A DNA stretch of 49,718 nt from Thermoplasmata archaeon (lineage in GTDB: Archaea; Thermoplasmatota; Thermoplasmata; Lutacidiplasmatales; UBA184), in the NCBI GenBank assembly GCA_021828665.1, contig JAJZDH010000001.1, forward strand, positions 1 through 49,718, given 5' to 3'. Every line of letters begins with the position of its first letter. Position 1 is the stretch's first letter. The translations under genes and the position numbers were made by a program. The notes beneath the pieces were generated by a model. The model made no database searches. It was not told the origin of the DNA and saw only the letters and a list, made by a program, of their open reading frames with translations. Of this stretch, positions 48,282 to 49,718 are shown in pieces.

Positions 48282-48707
48282 TCAGGCACCGACGCCTTGC
48301 TTCGGCTTTTCCCCGCCACCCGAGCTGATGCCTTCGCCGTGCCCCTGACCGGCGGTGAAGGAGAAGATGAGCAGGAACGTCACGGCGATGACGAAGGCGA
48401 TGATGATGATGGCGTCGAGAGGAATCGTCTGGGGGTTCGTGTACGTGAACCCCGACCCGAGGAACGGTATGGGCGACTTGGGGGCGAGGAAGGTGAAGAT
48501 CCCCCAGGTCACACCGATGAAGATGAGGGTGATGGAGATGTCCCGGTCGCTGTAGGGGTAATCCTCGGGAAGCTTCCCGTACCGGAGGACCAGGAACAGG
48601 AACATCAGGAACAAGGTGATCAGCAAGGTGTACGCGAGGAAGACTCCGATCGCGAGATAGAGGACGGCAAAGACCGTCAGCGCAATGGCATAGAGCGGGA
48701 CATCCAT
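48282..48707 (-). CDS. Small integral membrane protein, 141 aa, four predicted TM helices
   Basis: MDVPLYAIALTVFAVLYLAIGVFLAYTLLITLFLMFLFLVL...ITLIFIGVTWGIFTFLA...LDAIIIIAFVIAVTFLLIFSF, then a Gly-rich tail. GGAG lies about 10 nt upstream of the ATG, and a TTTAAGAG box lies about 35 nt upstream. The DNA is locally less GC-rich, consistent with Ile/Phe/Leu-rich coding. Confidence 0.7.
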   Translation of the reverse strand: MDVPLYAIALTVFAVLYLAIGVFLAYTLLITLFLMFLFLVLRYGKLPEDYPYSDRDISITLIFIGVTWGIFTFLAPKSPIPFLGSGFTYTNPQTIPLDAIIIIAFVIAVTFLLIFSFTAGQGHGEGISSGGGEKPKQGVGA

Positions 48708-48742
48708 CGGAACGCACTCCGTTCGGGACCAAAGAAGGGCAC

Positions 48743-48750
48743 CTCTTAAA
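48743..48750 (-). promoter_or_regulatory. TATA-like box (TTTAAGAG) for the 4-TM gene / Kelch island
   Basis: Minus-strand reading is gcagAGG-TTTAAGAG-gtgcccttctttggtcccgaacGGAGtgcgttccg-ATG. The box is about 35 nt from the ATG, leaving a short leader that carries an SD. Confidence 0.5.
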
Positions 48751-49022
48751 CCTCTGCCGAGAACCTCGGCCCCGGCCCTTCCCGACCCGCTTCCGGCGGG
48801 TCCGGGGGCCTTTCGGTGGGAGGGCCGAGGCGAGGCGACGACCGGAACCGCCGCCGTCGGAGTTCTCGAGCCCCCTGGCCGCCGGAGCAGGACCGATCTT
48901 CGACCGACCCGATCCGCGCCGTCCGTGGGACCGAGGCTCCGCGAGCCGGTGGAGGGAACGATCCGGCCGCCCGTCGTCGGGCCGGAGGGTGGCGGCGGCC
49001 CGGCTTCACCGGGACCACTTCA

Positions 49023-49030
49023 TTTAAATA
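49023..49030 (+). promoter_or_regulatory. Consensus archaeal TATA box (TTTAAATA) for the plus-strand surface-protein gene
   Basis: Perfect TTTAWATA-type box. The first ATG (49033) is only 2 nt downstream, too close to be transcribed. The second in-frame ATG (49054) follows the box by 23 nt, which fits a leaderless mRNA. Confidence 0.65.
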
Positions 49031-49053
49031 CAATGAACACGGCAATCGTTCGT

Positions 49054-49718
49054 ATGCACCGTTCCCTCCTCGCCGTGGCCGCCCTCGGACTGATCGCCGT
49101 GCTCCTCGTGAGCATGAATGCCGGACCCCTGAACTCCGGCGGCGTGGCGACCCACCCCGCCCGGACCGAAGCGACGTGGCGCACCGCGGCGGGGGGAACC
49201 GTCCGGGTGGGCACCGTGGACCCGTACGGCGGGGCCACCTCCTCGTTCTCCCCGGGCCTCTACTCCGGGGAAGTGTACTTCTACGCCTACGACCCGTCCG
49301 ACAGCCGCGCGACGGTCACCATCACCGACCAGAACAGCTCCCGGGACGGTGTCCCGGTCCCGGCGGACCGGTGGGTCGTCACCTTCAACGCGTCGACCTA
49401 CCCGCCGTACACGAACCTGAGCACCACCTGGGGGGCCCACTACCAGCTCCCCTTCTCCCTGACCTCGGGAGGCACCTGGAACATCTCCATCAACGGCACG
49501 AACGGCGGTAGCTACTCGACCTCGTTCACGGTGTCGACGTACTATGTCTCCACCTACTCCGACCGCTCCGTCTATCTGCCCGGAGAGCCGGTGGTCGTGA
49601 GCTACCAGGCCACGGCGACGGTCAACGGGTCCCCCATCGCCTCGGTCCGATCGGTCCAGGCCACGGCCTCCTACCGCAACATCAACAACGTGTTCGTTCC
49701 GATCTTCTCGGGTTCCAA
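49054..49718 (+). CDS. Secreted/surface glycoprotein, 5' partial view (runs off the window end)
   Basis: This gene is not in the supplied track because no stop is reached. My translation: MHRSLLAVAALGLIAVLLVSMNAGPLNSGG...TVTITDQNSSRDGVPVPADRWVVTFNASTYPPYTNLSTTW...WNISINGTNGGSYSTSFTVSTYYVSTY... It has a signal peptide, several N-x-S/T sequons, GC-rich third codon positions, and stays open to 49718. The alternative start is ATG 49033. Confidence 0.75.
   Translation, partial: MHRSLLAVAALGLIAVLLVSMNAGPLNSGGVATHPARTEATWRTAAGGTVRVGTVDPYGGATSSFSPGLYSGEVYFYAYDPSDSRATVTITDQNSSRDGVPVPADRWVVTFNASTYPPYTNLSTTWGAHYQLPFSLTSGGTWNISINGTNGGSYSTSFTVSTYYVSTYSDRSVYLPGEPVVVSYQATATVNGSPIASVRSVQATASYRNINNVFVPIFSGS

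Noticed and set aside
1-49718. CRISPR arrays, rRNA genes, toxin-antitoxin pairs, restriction-modification or other recognisable defence systems
   Set aside because: I saw no regularly spaced direct repeats at the DNA level, no rRNA-like segments and no nuclease, methylase or Cas-like motifs in any credible ORF. All repetitiveness found is at the protein-domain level.

Overview
High-GC archaeal chromosomal window. G+C looks like roughly two-thirds or more by eye (not computed). Archaeal origin is supported by an archaeal-type SAM synthetase, Pth2, NreA, Elp3, IPK plus type-2 IDI, and AAAGG/TATA-type promoter boxes. Nearly all genes are on the minus strand, in three blocks. (1) 308-28026 is a ~28 kb same-strand island. 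It holds seven large surface proteins (607-2002 aa) that are rich in N-x-S/T sequons and carry C-terminal membrane anchors, plus one small 2-TM protein and an unusual Cdc48-like double AAA+ ATPase fused to a polytopic membrane domain. Four ATGA stop/start overlaps link genes in this island. (2) 28550-39234 is a housekeeping stretch: MBL-fold hydrolase, tRNA-Pro(CGG), a ~1.1 kb very GC-rich stretch with no convincing gene, nreA, a membrane double-zinc-ribbon protein, SAM synthetase, elp3, type-2 IPP isomerase, isopentenyl phosphate kinase, a small TM protein and an orphan 392-aa protein. (3) 39392-48707 is a second envelope island with three consecutive Kelch beta-propeller proteins and a 4-TM protein. 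One Kelch protein runs in frame into a complete peptidyl-tRNA hydrolase Pth2 domain, and another has about 18 blades. A partial surface-protein gene starts at 49054 on the plus strand. The many long opposite-strand or alternate-frame ORFs in the track are Arg/Pro/Gly-rich shadows caused by GC content. I saw no CRISPR array, rRNA, transposase, integrase or recognisable defence genes. The best novelty candidate is the membrane-embedded Cdc48-like ATPase operonically linked to giant anchored glycoproteins. Secondary candidates are the Kelch-PKD-TM-Pth2 fusion and a C-terminal anchoring module shared between the two islands.
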